A stretch of DNA of 62,510 nucleotides, filler included, from Nitrospinota bacterium (GTDB lineage Bacteria > JAUXIQ01), in NCBI GenBank assembly GCA_030620925.1. It is 7 parts of 7 records of this genome, joined end to end, with 100 filler letters (N's around TTAATTAATTAA, not from the genome) between each part and the next. Parts side by side here need not be neighbours in the genome. Positions count along the whole stretch, not along the records: positions 1 to 16,354 come from JAUXIQ010000010.1; 6 more parts are not named here. One strand, 5' to 3'. Position numbers and translations under genes: made by a program. Shown here piece after piece: positions 1-9,231 of this stretch. Below the pieces are notes generated by a model. That model was not told the origin of the DNA and ran no database searches. It worked only from the letters and a program-made list of their open reading frames with translations. Each line of letters opens with the position of its first letter. Within the stretch, counting starts at the first letter, position 1.

Positions 1-61
1 GAAATGACCCTTCGCCTTCCTCATGGATTTCCAGTGATATCTCTTTTTTGTAATAGACCAT
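1..61 (-). CDS. 5' fragment of a gene running off the window edge (possibly YjbQ/UPF0047-like)
   Basis: ATG at 61-59 opens MVYYKKEISLEIHEEGEGSF..., 41 nt downstream of the MBL gene. Only 20 codons are visible, so the family call is a weak resemblance. Confidence 0.3.
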   Translation of the reverse strand, partial: MVYYKKEISLEIHEEGEGSF

Positions 62-102
62 GCCGGACCTTACGATTATGAGTGTCAATTACCCGCGAAC
101 GA

Positions 103-744
103 CTAGTCGATAAACTGAGCGCTCCCGTTCACGAAAGGATTCCACTTCTTTTCCAGACCTATATTGGAGGCGGGCCCATGGCCGGGGAAAACCTCGGTAT
201 CGTCATCCAGGGTCATGACTTTCTCCATGAGCGAACGCATGAGGGTCCGCATATCACCCCCCCCGATATCCGTCCGGCCTATGCTCTGTGCGAAGAGGGT
301 GTCTCCGGTCATCAGCTTTTTCCCCGCTTTGAGGCAGACGCTGCCCGGGCTGTGCCCGGGAGTGTGAATAACCTCGACGTCTATGCCGCCTACCTGAAAC
401 GTCTCGCCGTCCACGAGGAAGGAATCGGCCCCCGGCGAGGTTATCTCCGTGCCCAGCATTTGCATCGACTGCTGCCCCGAGTGCTCCAGCATTTTGGCAT
501 CATCTCCGTGAATGCGCAGGGGTGCGCCCGTCCGATCCTTAACCTCCCGGTTGGCCATGATATGATCGATATGACCGTGAGTGTTGACGATGCAAGCCAC
601 TTTCAGGTCGTTGCCTTCCACGATGTTGAGAATGCCGTCGGCGTTGCCTCCGGGGTCCACCACCATGGCCTCCCGGGTGTCGGGACAGCCCACCACGTAA
701 CAGTTGACCGCAAAATTGTTCACCATCAGCGTCTCGAAAATCAT
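103..744 (-). CDS. MBL-fold metallo-hydrolase (glyoxalase II/YcbL-like)
   Basis: THGHIDH, HTPGHSPG, TGDTLF and PGHGP motifs; GAGG RBS upstream. Confidence 0.93.
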   Translation of the reverse strand: MIFETLMVNNFAVNCYVVGCPDTREAMVVDPGGNADGILNIVEGNDLKVACIVNTHGHIDHIMANREVKDRTGAPLRIHGDDAKMLEHSGQQSMQMLGTEITSPGADSFLVDGETFQVGGIDVEVIHTPGHSPGSVCLKAGKKLMTGDTLFAQSIGRTDIGGGDMRTLMRSLMEKVMTLDDDTEVFPGHGPASNIGLEKKWNPFVNGSAQFID

Positions 745-785
745 CTGTTTACCTCTACTGTTCTTTCACCGCCGTGAACGATAAG

Positions 786-809
786 AAAAAAGGGGGACGC
801 CCCTCCCCC
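786..809 (-). terminator. Intrinsic-terminator-like hairpin in the leader of the MBL gene
   Basis: Minus strand reads GGGGGA-GGGGCG-TCCCCC-TTTTTT. Confidence 0.45.
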
Positions 810-908
810 GACGCTTTCCCTATCCATGTCAAGTATTCGTATAAGACTTATTTACCATACAAAGTGAGCCGAGGTCAACTTACCCCGCACCCTCATGTCA
901 CATCTCGA

Positions 909-937
909 TTGACACACCGCCGCACCGGTGTTAACTT
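909..937 (+). promoter_or_regulatory. Putative sigma70 promoter of the DUF2284 gene
   Basis: TTGACA-17 nt-TAACTT; the spacer overlaps an inverted repeat ACACCG...CGGTGT. Confidence 0.45.
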
Positions 938-1012
938 TAACCCTACAACAGATACCCATCCGAAGCCTCAGAATATACCAAAGATAAGAAAGACCTTCTC
1001 AATGGAGGAAGG

Positions 1013-1609
1013 ATGAAAGAACAAAAAATTGGGCATCCAGGAACTCCCGACGAAGAAAAACTGAACGCGCTGCAAGAATTAGCATTGAAAACAGGCGCCA
1101 CCAGGGCGGGGGTAATGGACACCGAAAACATCGTCGTCAAGGAACAGGTGCGGCTCAAATGTCGCGTCCCCCTGTGCAAAAGCTACAATCGTAATCTCAT
1201 GTGCCCACCCAACGTCATGGACCCGGATGAGTTCAAGAAAGTGCTGGAGTGTTACAGCAGGGCTCTCCTGGTGCAGAAAGAGGGCGCGGTAGAGCCCGGC
1301 CAGGAGCAGGATAGAGCGGTCATCTTCAAACCGGCCAACGAGCTGCACCAGCTGGTGAACGAGGTGGAGCGGGAAGCGTTCCATACGGGTTTCAGATTCG
1401 CCGCCGGATTCATCGGGGGCTCCTGCAAGCTGTGCGATGAATGCGTAACGGTGGGGTCGGGGCTGCCCTGCAAATATCCCTTCAAGGCCCGACCGTCCAT
1501 GGAAGCGATGGGTATCGACGTTTTCGAGACCGCTCAGAACGCCGGTCTCGCCTTCCCCATCCCCATGGGAGAGAGCGTGGTCTGGTGCGGGTTGGTGCTG
1601 ATTTATTAG
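1013..1609 (+). CDS. DUF2284-family Cys-rich putative metal-binding protein
   Basis: KCRVPLCKSYNRNLMCPP, GSCKLCDEC, CKYPFKARPSMEAMGIDV; GGAGG RBS. Confidence 0.85.
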   Translation: MKEQKIGHPGTPDEEKLNALQELALKTGATRAGVMDTENIVVKEQVRLKCRVPLCKSYNRNLMCPPNVMDPDEFKKVLECYSRALLVQKEGAVEPGQEQDRAVIFKPANELHQLVNEVEREAFHTGFRFAAGFIGGSCKLCDECVTVGSGLPCKYPFKARPSMEAMGIDVFETAQNAGLAFPIPMGESVVWCGLVLIY

Positions 1610-1630
1610 ATGTCATCCCTCAATAAGATG

Positions 1631-2524
1631 TTATTTGAGAGTGAAGCGGATGGGGATGGTCCCCTCCTGTTCGACCTGAGGTTCGTGGGCGGAAAGGGGG
1701 TTAAAGCGCCATTCCTTCAGGTAGGCGATGGCTTTTGTTTCCAGTTCGGGTTCACCCTTTTTGATGGGTATCACCCGCCCCACCTCGCCGCCGGGAAGCA
1801 CCCAGAACTTTAATACTATCTCCGTCTCCGCCTCGAGTTCTACCGCCGGTGGTTTGGGCCGGTACACGACCCTCCTCTCACCGGCAGGCCCTTTGATCTG
1901 GAAAAGCTCTCGTCCGGTCAGTATCTCTTTCTTTACCGGCCCCTCTTTCACGGGTCCCGGCTCCAGCCTGGCAAGCCTGGGGAAGGCCTCAGGAGTAGCA
2001 ACTTCGAGCTCTTTACGCTCCAGATCACCCTCCTTGATGGGGATCAACCTGCTGGTGGATTCATCAGCCGGAAAGGGACTCTTCGCAATTTTTTCAGCAA
2101 CAGCTTTGGCCAGCTGCTCCTGAAGTCTCACCGCGCGCTCCGGGTCAACCTCCGGTTTCTCACGGCTGAGAGGCAGCTTTATCTCTACACCGGTCTGCTT
2201 GAGGCTCCTGCCCCCGCCTATCTCCTCTACCCTGTTCGACAGGATGCCGGCATGGAGTTTGGGAGGCGGCTTGGGCGGCGGGACGACCACTTCTTTGAGC
2301 TCTTCTTTCAGGGGAGGCTTCTCCCCTTTCGGGGTAGGCGGCTTGGGAGCTGGGGGCTTGATCAGCTCCACTTCAGTGAATTTTTCGCTTATACTCTGTT
2401 TCTCCTCAAGAAACACGGGCAGTTCCGGCATCTTCCAGAACAGTACACCATGGAGGGCAAGAGAGACCACTATCCCCCATACAAGCCCGTATTTCTCATA
2501 CCCCGAAACCGCCTGCTCTCTCAC
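1631..2524 (-). CDS. tonB: TonB-family energy transducer
   Basis: N-terminal TM helix with SLALH (SxxxH), Pro/Lys-rich linker, C-terminal TonB-like domain (LKFWVLPGGEV...WRFNP); follows exbBD. Confidence 0.85.
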   Translation of the reverse strand: MREQAVSGYEKYGLVWGIVVSLALHGVLFWKMPELPVFLEEKQSISEKFTEVELIKPPAPKPPTPKGEKPPLKEELKEVVVPPPKPPPKLHAGILSNRVEEIGGGRSLKQTGVEIKLPLSREKPEVDPERAVRLQEQLAKAVAEKIAKSPFPADESTSRLIPIKEGDLERKELEVATPEAFPRLARLEPGPVKEGPVKKEILTGRELFQIKGPAGERRVVYRPKPPAVELEAETEIVLKFWVLPGGEVGRVIPIKKGEPELETKAIAYLKEWRFNPLSAHEPQVEQEGTIPIRFTLK

Positions 2525-2543
2525 TGGAAGTCTCCGAAGCCAC

Positions 2544-2951
2544 TCACTTCTTTTTCACCGGCTCGGTGGCTATGGCGATCCTGGAAATACCCACCTGTTG
2601 GGCCAGGTCCATGACTTCCACCACCCGGCCGTGCTTCGACTCTTTATCAGCCTTCACTATGAGCAGGTCTTTTCCTCCCTTGCTCACTTCTTCCTTGAGC
2701 CCGAGCCGGAGGCGGTCCAGAGTCACCCTTCTATTATTAAAATACAACTGTCCCTCTTCGGTCACCACCACTACTATATCCTGTTCCCTGGTCGCAGCCT
2801 GCGTGGCAGCCTGAGGAAGTTTCACCTTTATTCCCGGCGTGGTGACGAAGGTGGTGGAAATCATAAAAAAGATCAGCAGCAGCAGGACTACGTCTATGAG
2901 CGGGGTTATCTCGATACGGCTAAGCGCACGTTTTTTGGTTCTAAACTCCAT
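2544..2951 (-). CDS. exbD: ExbD/TolR biopolymer transport protein
   Basis: ITPLIDVVLLLLIFFM with the conserved Asp; ADK..HGRVVEVMD. Confidence 0.93.
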   Translation of the reverse strand: MEFRTKKRALSRIEITPLIDVVLLLLIFFMISTTFVTTPGIKVKLPQAATQAATREQDIVVVVTEEGQLYFNNRRVTLDRLRLGLKEEVSKGGKDLLIVKADKESKHGRVVEVMDLAQQVGISRIAIATEPVKKK

Positions 2952-2964
2952 TTTGAACCCCTGA

Positions 2965-3567
2965 TCAATTCCTCTTGATGATGTTCAGCATCTTGACAGA
3001 TATTTTCTCCAACTCGATTATTATGGAGTCGGACTTGCTCTGAAAGTAGTTATTGAACACCAGGGCGGGGATGCCCACCGTCAATCCCGCGGCGGTGGTG
3101 ATGAGGGCCTGGTATATTCCGCCGGCCAGGTTGGCGGGGTTACCCACACCATGAACGGAGATTTGGTCGAAGACCTGGATCATCCCCCACACCGTGCCCA
3201 AAAGGCCAATCAGCGGGGTGATGACGGATATGGTACCCAGGATGGTGAGATGTTTCTCCAGCATGGGGACTTCATGGCGGCCGGCGTCCTCTATGACTTC
3301 TTTTAGCTCATTCTTCTCCTTATCGTGGTTGAGAATGGCGGAGAGCAGGATGCGGGTCAGGGGAGAGGGGAATCTTTTACAGAGGTGGGTCGACTCGTGA
3401 ATTTTCCTGTCTCTCAACAAATTTTCTATCTGGATGAGCAAATCCTCACTTAATACTCTGCCATACCTGAGACTGATCAATCTTTCTATGATTATGCCCA
3501 GGGCGATGATCGAACAGACGCCGATAGGCACCATCAGCCACCCGCCCTTCACCACGAAACTCAACAT
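2965..3567 (-). CDS. exbB: ExbB/TolQ/MotA proton channel
   Basis: PLIGLLGTVWGMI and GIYQALITTAAGLTVGIPA motifs. Confidence 0.93.
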   Translation of the reverse strand: MLSFVVKGGWLMVPIGVCSIIALGIIIERLISLRYGRVLSEDLLIQIENLLRDRKIHESTHLCKRFPSPLTRILLSAILNHDKEKNELKEVIEDAGRHEVPMLEKHLTILGTISVITPLIGLLGTVWGMIQVFDQISVHGVGNPANLAGGIYQALITTAAGLTVGIPALVFNNYFQSKSDSIIIELEKISVKMLNIIKRN

Positions 3568-3722
3568 GGATCGTCCTCCCGACGAAATTAATCAACACTA
3601 CAGTGCCCGAAAAGCAGTAAATCTATCCTGACCTGCCGCCGAAGTCTTTCATCAGCATTCGGACCTGCACGGCGGGCAGATTATAGCATCACTTTTCCGG
3701 GCACAGCAACGATAACTTTCCT

Positions 3723-6700
3723 TCAATCACTCTTTTGTGAGGGCTGCTCTTCTTTCTTTAAATTGCGGATTATCTCATTTTTTCCGGCTTTGGCCCTCTT
3801 CAACGAAAACATATCACCGGCCGCCCGCTCCTTTATCACCTTTTCATACATGGTGAGGGCGTCCTGCCAGCGCTCCAGTTTCTCATAACTCTCCGCCGCC
3901 TTAAACAGGGACTTAAAATACCACTTGCTGTCGTTTCCGTAAAGATAGGCCACCCGCAAGTATTCGGCGGCACTGAGTTCATACTGGCCGCTCCTGAAAT
4001 AGACCTCGCCCAGGTTATACTGGGCCTCCACCGAAAGGAGCTTCACATCGGCATCCACCGCCTTTATAAAATAGCCCGCCGCTTCTTCGAACCGCGATTC
4101 CTCGAGATTCAGCTTACCCAACTGAAAATAGGAATAGGGTTCCTGAAAACTTCCCTTATACGAAGAGATTACGGCTTTAAAGGCACTGCCGGCTCTATCA
4201 TTCCGCCCCAACTCGAGATAGGCCAACCCGGACCTGTAAAGTGCCTCAGCAGCCCGTTCACTCTTCGGGTAGCGCTTCACCACTTCCTGGTAAGCATACA
4301 GGGCCTGGTTGTATTGTTTCAGCTCAAAATGGGATTGCCCCACACCGAAAATAGCCTCCGGAACCAGGGAGCTTTGGGGAAACTTGTTATGCAGTTTCCA
4401 GTAATTCCCGATGGCCCGGCCATAATCTCTCTTCCTGAAGAATATATCCGCTATCCGGAACTGGGTATCGTCTGCTAACTCGCTGTCGCCGAACCTGGCC
4501 ATCAGCTTTTTGTACGCCGACAGGGCGCTATCATATTCACCGGCGGCGTAGTGGTACTCGGCTATCTGGTTGAGTAGGGAGGGGGAAAGGACATTTCCCG
4601 GGTTCTTATCTACAAACTTTAAAGCCCCTTTCTTGAACCGTTTAAACTCCCCCTGATGGTAATAGCTGAGTAGTATTCCGTAATCGGCATTCAGCGCCTG
4701 TTTGGAATCGGGGAAAAGAGCGATGAGCTCCCTGTATTGCCCGACGGCCCCGGCATAATTCTCCTGGTTATAGTACACATCGCCCAGCAGCAGGTAGGCC
4801 TTGTCCAGGAGCGGGCTACGGGGGTATCTCTCTATAAGCTCGATGAGGGTGCTGCGGGTATCCTTAAGCCTGGAAACCTTGAACAGCGCCCGGCCGAGAT
4901 TGAACTGGGCGTCGTCGGCATACTCCCCTCCCGGGTTGGTGATGAGCAGCTCCGAAAAAATCTCCATGGCTCCGTAGAAATCACCCTTTTTCATCTTTAA
5001 AGAACCCAGCCCGAGCTTGGCCGCATCGACCCTGTGGTCCTGGGGATACTCCTCCATCAACCTGTGGTAGATCTCCCTGGCTTTATCATAATCCTTCATG
5101 TAGGCATACGTCTTGGCCAGCCTGTAAATGGCGTCCGGCCGAAGCTCGCTTTCCCTTCTCTCTTCCATGAGCTTGGTCAGCAAACGGACCGCTTCCTTCC
5201 CTTTCCCCTGCAGGTAATTGAGCCAACCGAGGCCGTAGAGGGCGTCGTCATAGCGCTCGCTCTTCTCGCTGACCATGGCGTAGGCCTTATCGGCCTTCGG
5301 ATAAAATCGGGGGTCTAAAGAAGCCTGATAGAACAGGGATTCCCCCAGCCAGAAAGCCACCTCATCCCTGCGGGAGGGCTCGGACACCCGCGCTAACAGG
5401 GAACGGAATTGCTCACCGGCCGAGCCGTACTCCTTGAGCAGAAAGTAGGCCTCGCCCTTCCTCATACCGGCTCTATAGGCCACGCCGGGAAAACGGGTAG
5501 TGGCTTCAGCCCTGCTGAAGTGTTCCACCGCTTTCTTGTAGCGGCCGGACCTGTAGTGAATTTCTCCCAGGGCGAAGTCAGCGGCGAGCAGGAACGGGCT
5601 ATCAGGGTATTTCCTAAACAGTTGCTTGAAAAGAGCGATGGCCTCCTCGTAGTCCCCTTTCACAAAGTGTTTCCAGGCGATTGCTACCAGTGAGTCATCC
5701 AGCCATTGGCTGTCCCGGTTGGATTCTTTCATGTGGCCGTAAAGCCGGTAAGCCTCATCCGTTCGACCCAGGGCGACCAGCGATTTGAGCTTCCCGTAAT
5801 ACGCTGAATCCTCCCAGCGATGTTCCGGATACGACTTTAAGAAATCGTCGAAAGCCCTTACCGCAGGAGTGTAATTCCTGAGGTTCACCAGGCTCCATGC
5901 TATGCCGTATCCCGCATCCCCTGTCTTATCCGAAGAGGGGTATTCTTTCAGGAAGCGCCGGTAAATTTTTATCGCTTCGCTGTATCGCTCCTGGGAGTAT
6001 ACGCTTTCCGCCATCCAGAAGAGCGATTCGCCTGTTCTAGTACTAGCCGGGTATAGGCTGACCACTTTCTTAAAGTTTTTTTCCGCCTCTTTGTAATTCC
6101 CTTTATTGAAATGCGCCTGCCCCAGAAGGTAGAGCACGGAGTCCGCCAGAGGACTATTAGGGAACTTCTCCATAAACCGGGTGAGGAGGTCCGCCGCCCG
6201 CTCGTAGTCCTTGTTCAGGAGATGTATCCACCCGGAAGAGTAATAGGCATAGCTCGCCACGTACGCCGTGGGGTATTCCTCGATAATTTTCTGAAACGAT
6301 TCGATTGCCTTGTCCCGCCTGTCGAGACGGTAATAGGATTCCCCCTTCCAGTAAATGGCCCTGTTGGCGAGATCAGGGGCGGGTTTTCTGTACAGAAGGT
6401 CATCAAACGCTTCCAGGGCTTCCCTGTAGCGGAACCGCTGATACCGGTAAAGGCCCAGGTTATACCTTCCCTTGTTTCCGAGAAGGGTGGTGGTTATGCC
6501 GGCCGTAAGGGGATTCTCGTATGCCAGGCAGCCAACCTTCTTAGAGGCGGGAGCGGTTTTCTCTCCACTCACCGTAGATTCGATGAGTGATTTTTCCACC
6601 ACCTCCGTGGGTTCTTCCTTGACCCCCGGAGATATTTCAATGGGGCGCAGCTTTTCCCCTTTATCCCCCGGTAGACCTATATCCTTACCTACGATCACCA

Positions 6701-6824
6701 CCTCGGGGAGCTTTATGGGAGGCTTCCCTTCATCGGCGGGTGACAGCCGGGGCAGACACCAGTCGGCGACAATCAATGCCATTGTGATCGCTAAGAATAT
6801 TTTTACACCTCTACCTGCTATCAT
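3723..6824 (-). CDS. Large exported TPR-repeat protein (BamD/CpoB-type repeats) with N-terminal TonB-box-like motif
   Basis: Hydrophobic N-terminus; more than 20 repeats of the type (A/S)xYxxGxxxY...Y..A...F...YP.S; LPEVVIVG at residues 39-46; ATGA overlap with the upstream TPR gene. Confidence 0.88.
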   Translation of the reverse strand: MIAGRGVKIFLAITMALIVADWCLPRLSPADEGKPPIKLPEVVIVGKDIGLPGDKGEKLRPIEISPGVKEEPTEVVEKSLIESTVSGEKTAPASKKVGCLAYENPLTAGITTTLLGNKGRYNLGLYRYQRFRYREALEAFDDLLYRKPAPDLANRAIYWKGESYYRLDRRDKAIESFQKIIEEYPTAYVASYAYYSSGWIHLLNKDYERAADLLTRFMEKFPNSPLADSVLYLLGQAHFNKGNYKEAEKNFKKVVSLYPASTRTGESLFWMAESVYSQERYSEAIKIYRRFLKEYPSSDKTGDAGYGIAWSLVNLRNYTPAVRAFDDFLKSYPEHRWEDSAYYGKLKSLVALGRTDEAYRLYGHMKESNRDSQWLDDSLVAIAWKHFVKGDYEEAIALFKQLFRKYPDSPFLLAADFALGEIHYRSGRYKKAVEHFSRAEATTRFPGVAYRAGMRKGEAYFLLKEYGSAGEQFRSLLARVSEPSRRDEVAFWLGESLFYQASLDPRFYPKADKAYAMVSEKSERYDDALYGLGWLNYLQGKGKEAVRLLTKLMEERRESELRPDAIYRLAKTYAYMKDYDKAREIYHRLMEEYPQDHRVDAAKLGLGSLKMKKGDFYGAMEIFSELLITNPGGEYADDAQFNLGRALFKVSRLKDTRSTLIELIERYPRSPLLDKAYLLLGDVYYNQENYAGAVGQYRELIALFPDSKQALNADYGILLSYYHQGEFKRFKKGALKFVDKNPGNVLSPSLLNQIAEYHYAAGEYDSALSAYKKLMARFGDSELADDTQFRIADIFFRKRDYGRAIGNYWKLHNKFPQSSLVPEAIFGVGQSHFELKQYNQALYAYQEVVKRYPKSERAAEALYRSGLAYLELGRNDRAGSAFKAVISSYKGSFQEPYSYFQLGKLNLEESRFEEAAGYFIKAVDADVKLLSVEAQYNLGEVYFRSGQYELSAAEYLRVAYLYGNDSKWYFKSLFKAAESYEKLERWQDALTMYEKVIKERAAGDMFSLKRAKAGKNEIIRNLKKEEQPSQKSD

Positions 6825-9121
6825 CCCCTTTCCCCTTTTGCTGATCCCAGGGCATTAAGGTATTCTCCTATAACCTTCATCCTCTCCCGGGCCGACTTTT
6901 TTAGCTCCGAATCTTCTGAGGAGGCCGCCACTTCTTTATAGTTCTCTACGGCTCTTTTCCATTCCTTCTTTATCTCCAGGATGTTGCCCATCAAGTATTT
7001 AGAGGCAAGGACCCACTTTTTCTGAGAGGTGTACTTGTTGACCACATTATCGAACGCCCGATAAGCCAGGTCGTAATTTTTTTTATCATATTCAATCCGG
7101 CCATGCCAGTAGATCGCCTCCGACGCCACCTCCATAACTTTAGACGAAGAGGCCAATCTAAATTTCCCCAGCGCAGCCTCCCTTTGTTTCATAGAGATAA
7201 GCAGCAGACCCGCTCTAAGGTAAGCTTCTCCGTCCCTGGGATATGAACGATCGACCTTTGCGCTCCTTATGTAAGACTTCACGGCCTCTTCAAGTCTTTT
7301 CAGCTCCTGCAGCGCCAGGGCCCTATTGTAGAGAACCCGGGCCATTTGCGGCCCGTCACCCCCTGACTTTATAAACTTATCATAGGTCCAAAGCGCCTCC
7401 TGGTAATTCCCCAAAACCATATTGGCCTCACCCATCATGAGCAGCGACTCAGCGCGAAAGGCCCCCCCGGCATCTACCTTCAGATAACGATTCAGCTTCT
7501 GAGCGGCGGCAGAATAATTTTTCATGGCGTAATAACAGAACCCCAGCCGGAAGTAAGCTTCGGAGGCGCGGGGTGTTGTTTTGGATGCCTCAAGATAGTC
7601 TTCCAGGACGACTACCGCGGCCTTGCAATCCCCCCCTTCCTGAAGCGAAACACCCAACAAATACGAAGCCTTCAATTTGAGTCTCTTCCCCGGGCTGCCC
7701 TTCAACAGGCGCCGAAAGTAATCGGCGGCCTGCGCCTGGCGGCCCCCCCTGTAGCTGCAGGAGCCCAGCCTGAAAAGCGCATCGTTCCTGTTCTCCGGGT
7801 GGGTATCACTCTCAACGATTTTTGTAAACCAAATCTCCGCTTGAGGACAATTACCCAGTCTATAATATCCGTCTCCCAGAACGTACCATGAATAGTCCCT
7901 CATCTCATCGTCCACCTGGTAGAGCAACAATTTTTGGAAGACGCTTATTGCGTCTTTGTAATCACCTTTCCTGTAAAGTATTCCCCCGGCCTGTCCCAGG
8001 GCTTCGGCCACGCGGGGATGTTCAGGATACCGCTCTGTGAACCGGTTAAAGGCTTCGAGGGCCTCTTCCTCCCTCTCGACCTTGAGATGGGCACGGGCCA
8101 GCCAGTACTGCGCATCCGCCGCCCGGGGGGCCACCGGGTACTTCTTGAGGTACTCGGCATACCAACGACCTGCGTCATCATATCGTCCCCGGGTAAAGGC
8201 GGCTGCCGCCAGTTTGAACAGGACACCGGGCGCCTCATCTTTTTTGGGGTCGATGGCAGTCATTTTGAGAAAGGCGGCGTGTGCCTCCTCCAAGCGGTCC
8301 AGCTGGATGTAGCTCCCGGTCAGCATAAGGGCGGCGTTGTCGGCTTGCGCGAAATCCGGGAACTCTTTCAGGAGGCCGCTCAGCCTGGCCGCACTCTGTT
8401 CATAGTTCTTCAGTTTATATAGAGTCTCCCCCGTGAGATAGAGCGCCTGGGCCCGATAACCGCTCCGGGGATATTCGTTCAGTAAGCTATTGAAGGGGCC
8501 CAGGACCTCCTCGGCCCGGGAAGTCTTGAGGAGGGTCCAGCCCAGGGCGTATAACGCGAACTCACGATACTCACCGCCTCCCTTACGGGCCAGCAGTCGG
8601 CGGTATACGCTCTCCGCTTCTGTGTATCGCTCCAGACTGAAATAAGATTCGGCGAGGTAAAAGAGGGAGGATAACAGCAGTGATTCCTGTTTTAACGATT
8701 CGGCGGCCTCTTCCAGTGCCTGTGCAGCCCCCTTATGGTCGCCCATCCGATAGCGTGATATCCCAAGCATGGCCGCGACTGGGGGAATCAGTTCACTCTG
8801 AGGATGCTTTTCCCGAAACCTGATCAGGGCCGCCGCCGCCCGGTGGTAGTCCTTCGACCTGAAGTAAGACTCGCCCAGCAGATACCGGACGGTGAGAACG
8901 TCTTTGCCGCCCGGATATTTTTTCAGGTACTTCTTCAGCTCCTTCGCCGCAAGGGTATAAAGGCCGTCTTGATACGCTTTCACCGCGAAAGTGAACTGTT
9001 TCCCGGCTTTCTCCGCTTCAGTAGCTGAAGCGGCATACGCTGCGGGGGCCAAAAGAAGTGCGAGAGCCAGATAAGACAATATCCCCCTGTAAAACAAATT
9101 AGACGCTCTCACGTAATCCAC
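6821..9121 (-). CDS. Large exported TPR-repeat protein (BamD/CpoB-type repeats)
   Basis: Signal peptide (LALALLLAPAAYA) followed by tandem TPR repeats over the whole length. Confidence 0.88.
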   Translation of the reverse strand: MDYVRASNLFYRGILSYLALALLLAPAAYAASATEAEKAGKQFTFAVKAYQDGLYTLAAKELKKYLKKYPGGKDVLTVRYLLGESYFRSKDYHRAAAALIRFREKHPQSELIPPVAAMLGISRYRMGDHKGAAQALEEAAESLKQESLLLSSLFYLAESYFSLERYTEAESVYRRLLARKGGGEYREFALYALGWTLLKTSRAEEVLGPFNSLLNEYPRSGYRAQALYLTGETLYKLKNYEQSAARLSGLLKEFPDFAQADNAALMLTGSYIQLDRLEEAHAAFLKMTAIDPKKDEAPGVLFKLAAAAFTRGRYDDAGRWYAEYLKKYPVAPRAADAQYWLARAHLKVEREEEALEAFNRFTERYPEHPRVAEALGQAGGILYRKGDYKDAISVFQKLLLYQVDDEMRDYSWYVLGDGYYRLGNCPQAEIWFTKIVESDTHPENRNDALFRLGSCSYRGGRQAQAADYFRRLLKGSPGKRLKLKASYLLGVSLQEGGDCKAAVVVLEDYLEASKTTPRASEAYFRLGFCYYAMKNYSAAAQKLNRYLKVDAGGAFRAESLLMMGEANMVLGNYQEALWTYDKFIKSGGDGPQMARVLYNRALALQELKRLEEAVKSYIRSAKVDRSYPRDGEAYLRAGLLLISMKQREAALGKFRLASSSKVMEVASEAIYWHGRIEYDKKNYDLAYRAFDNVVNKYTSQKKWVLASKYLMGNILEIKKEWKRAVENYKEVAASSEDSELKKSARERMKVIGEYLNALGSAKGERG

Positions 9122-9231
9122 CTTTCCCCGGGGAAAAGGGAACCACCGAGCGGTGTTTTATCGGAGCTTTTCATGCCGCCTGCACCTTCTTTTCTCTGAA
9201 CTCTCCAGCACCGGCAAACGGGGGCAAAATG

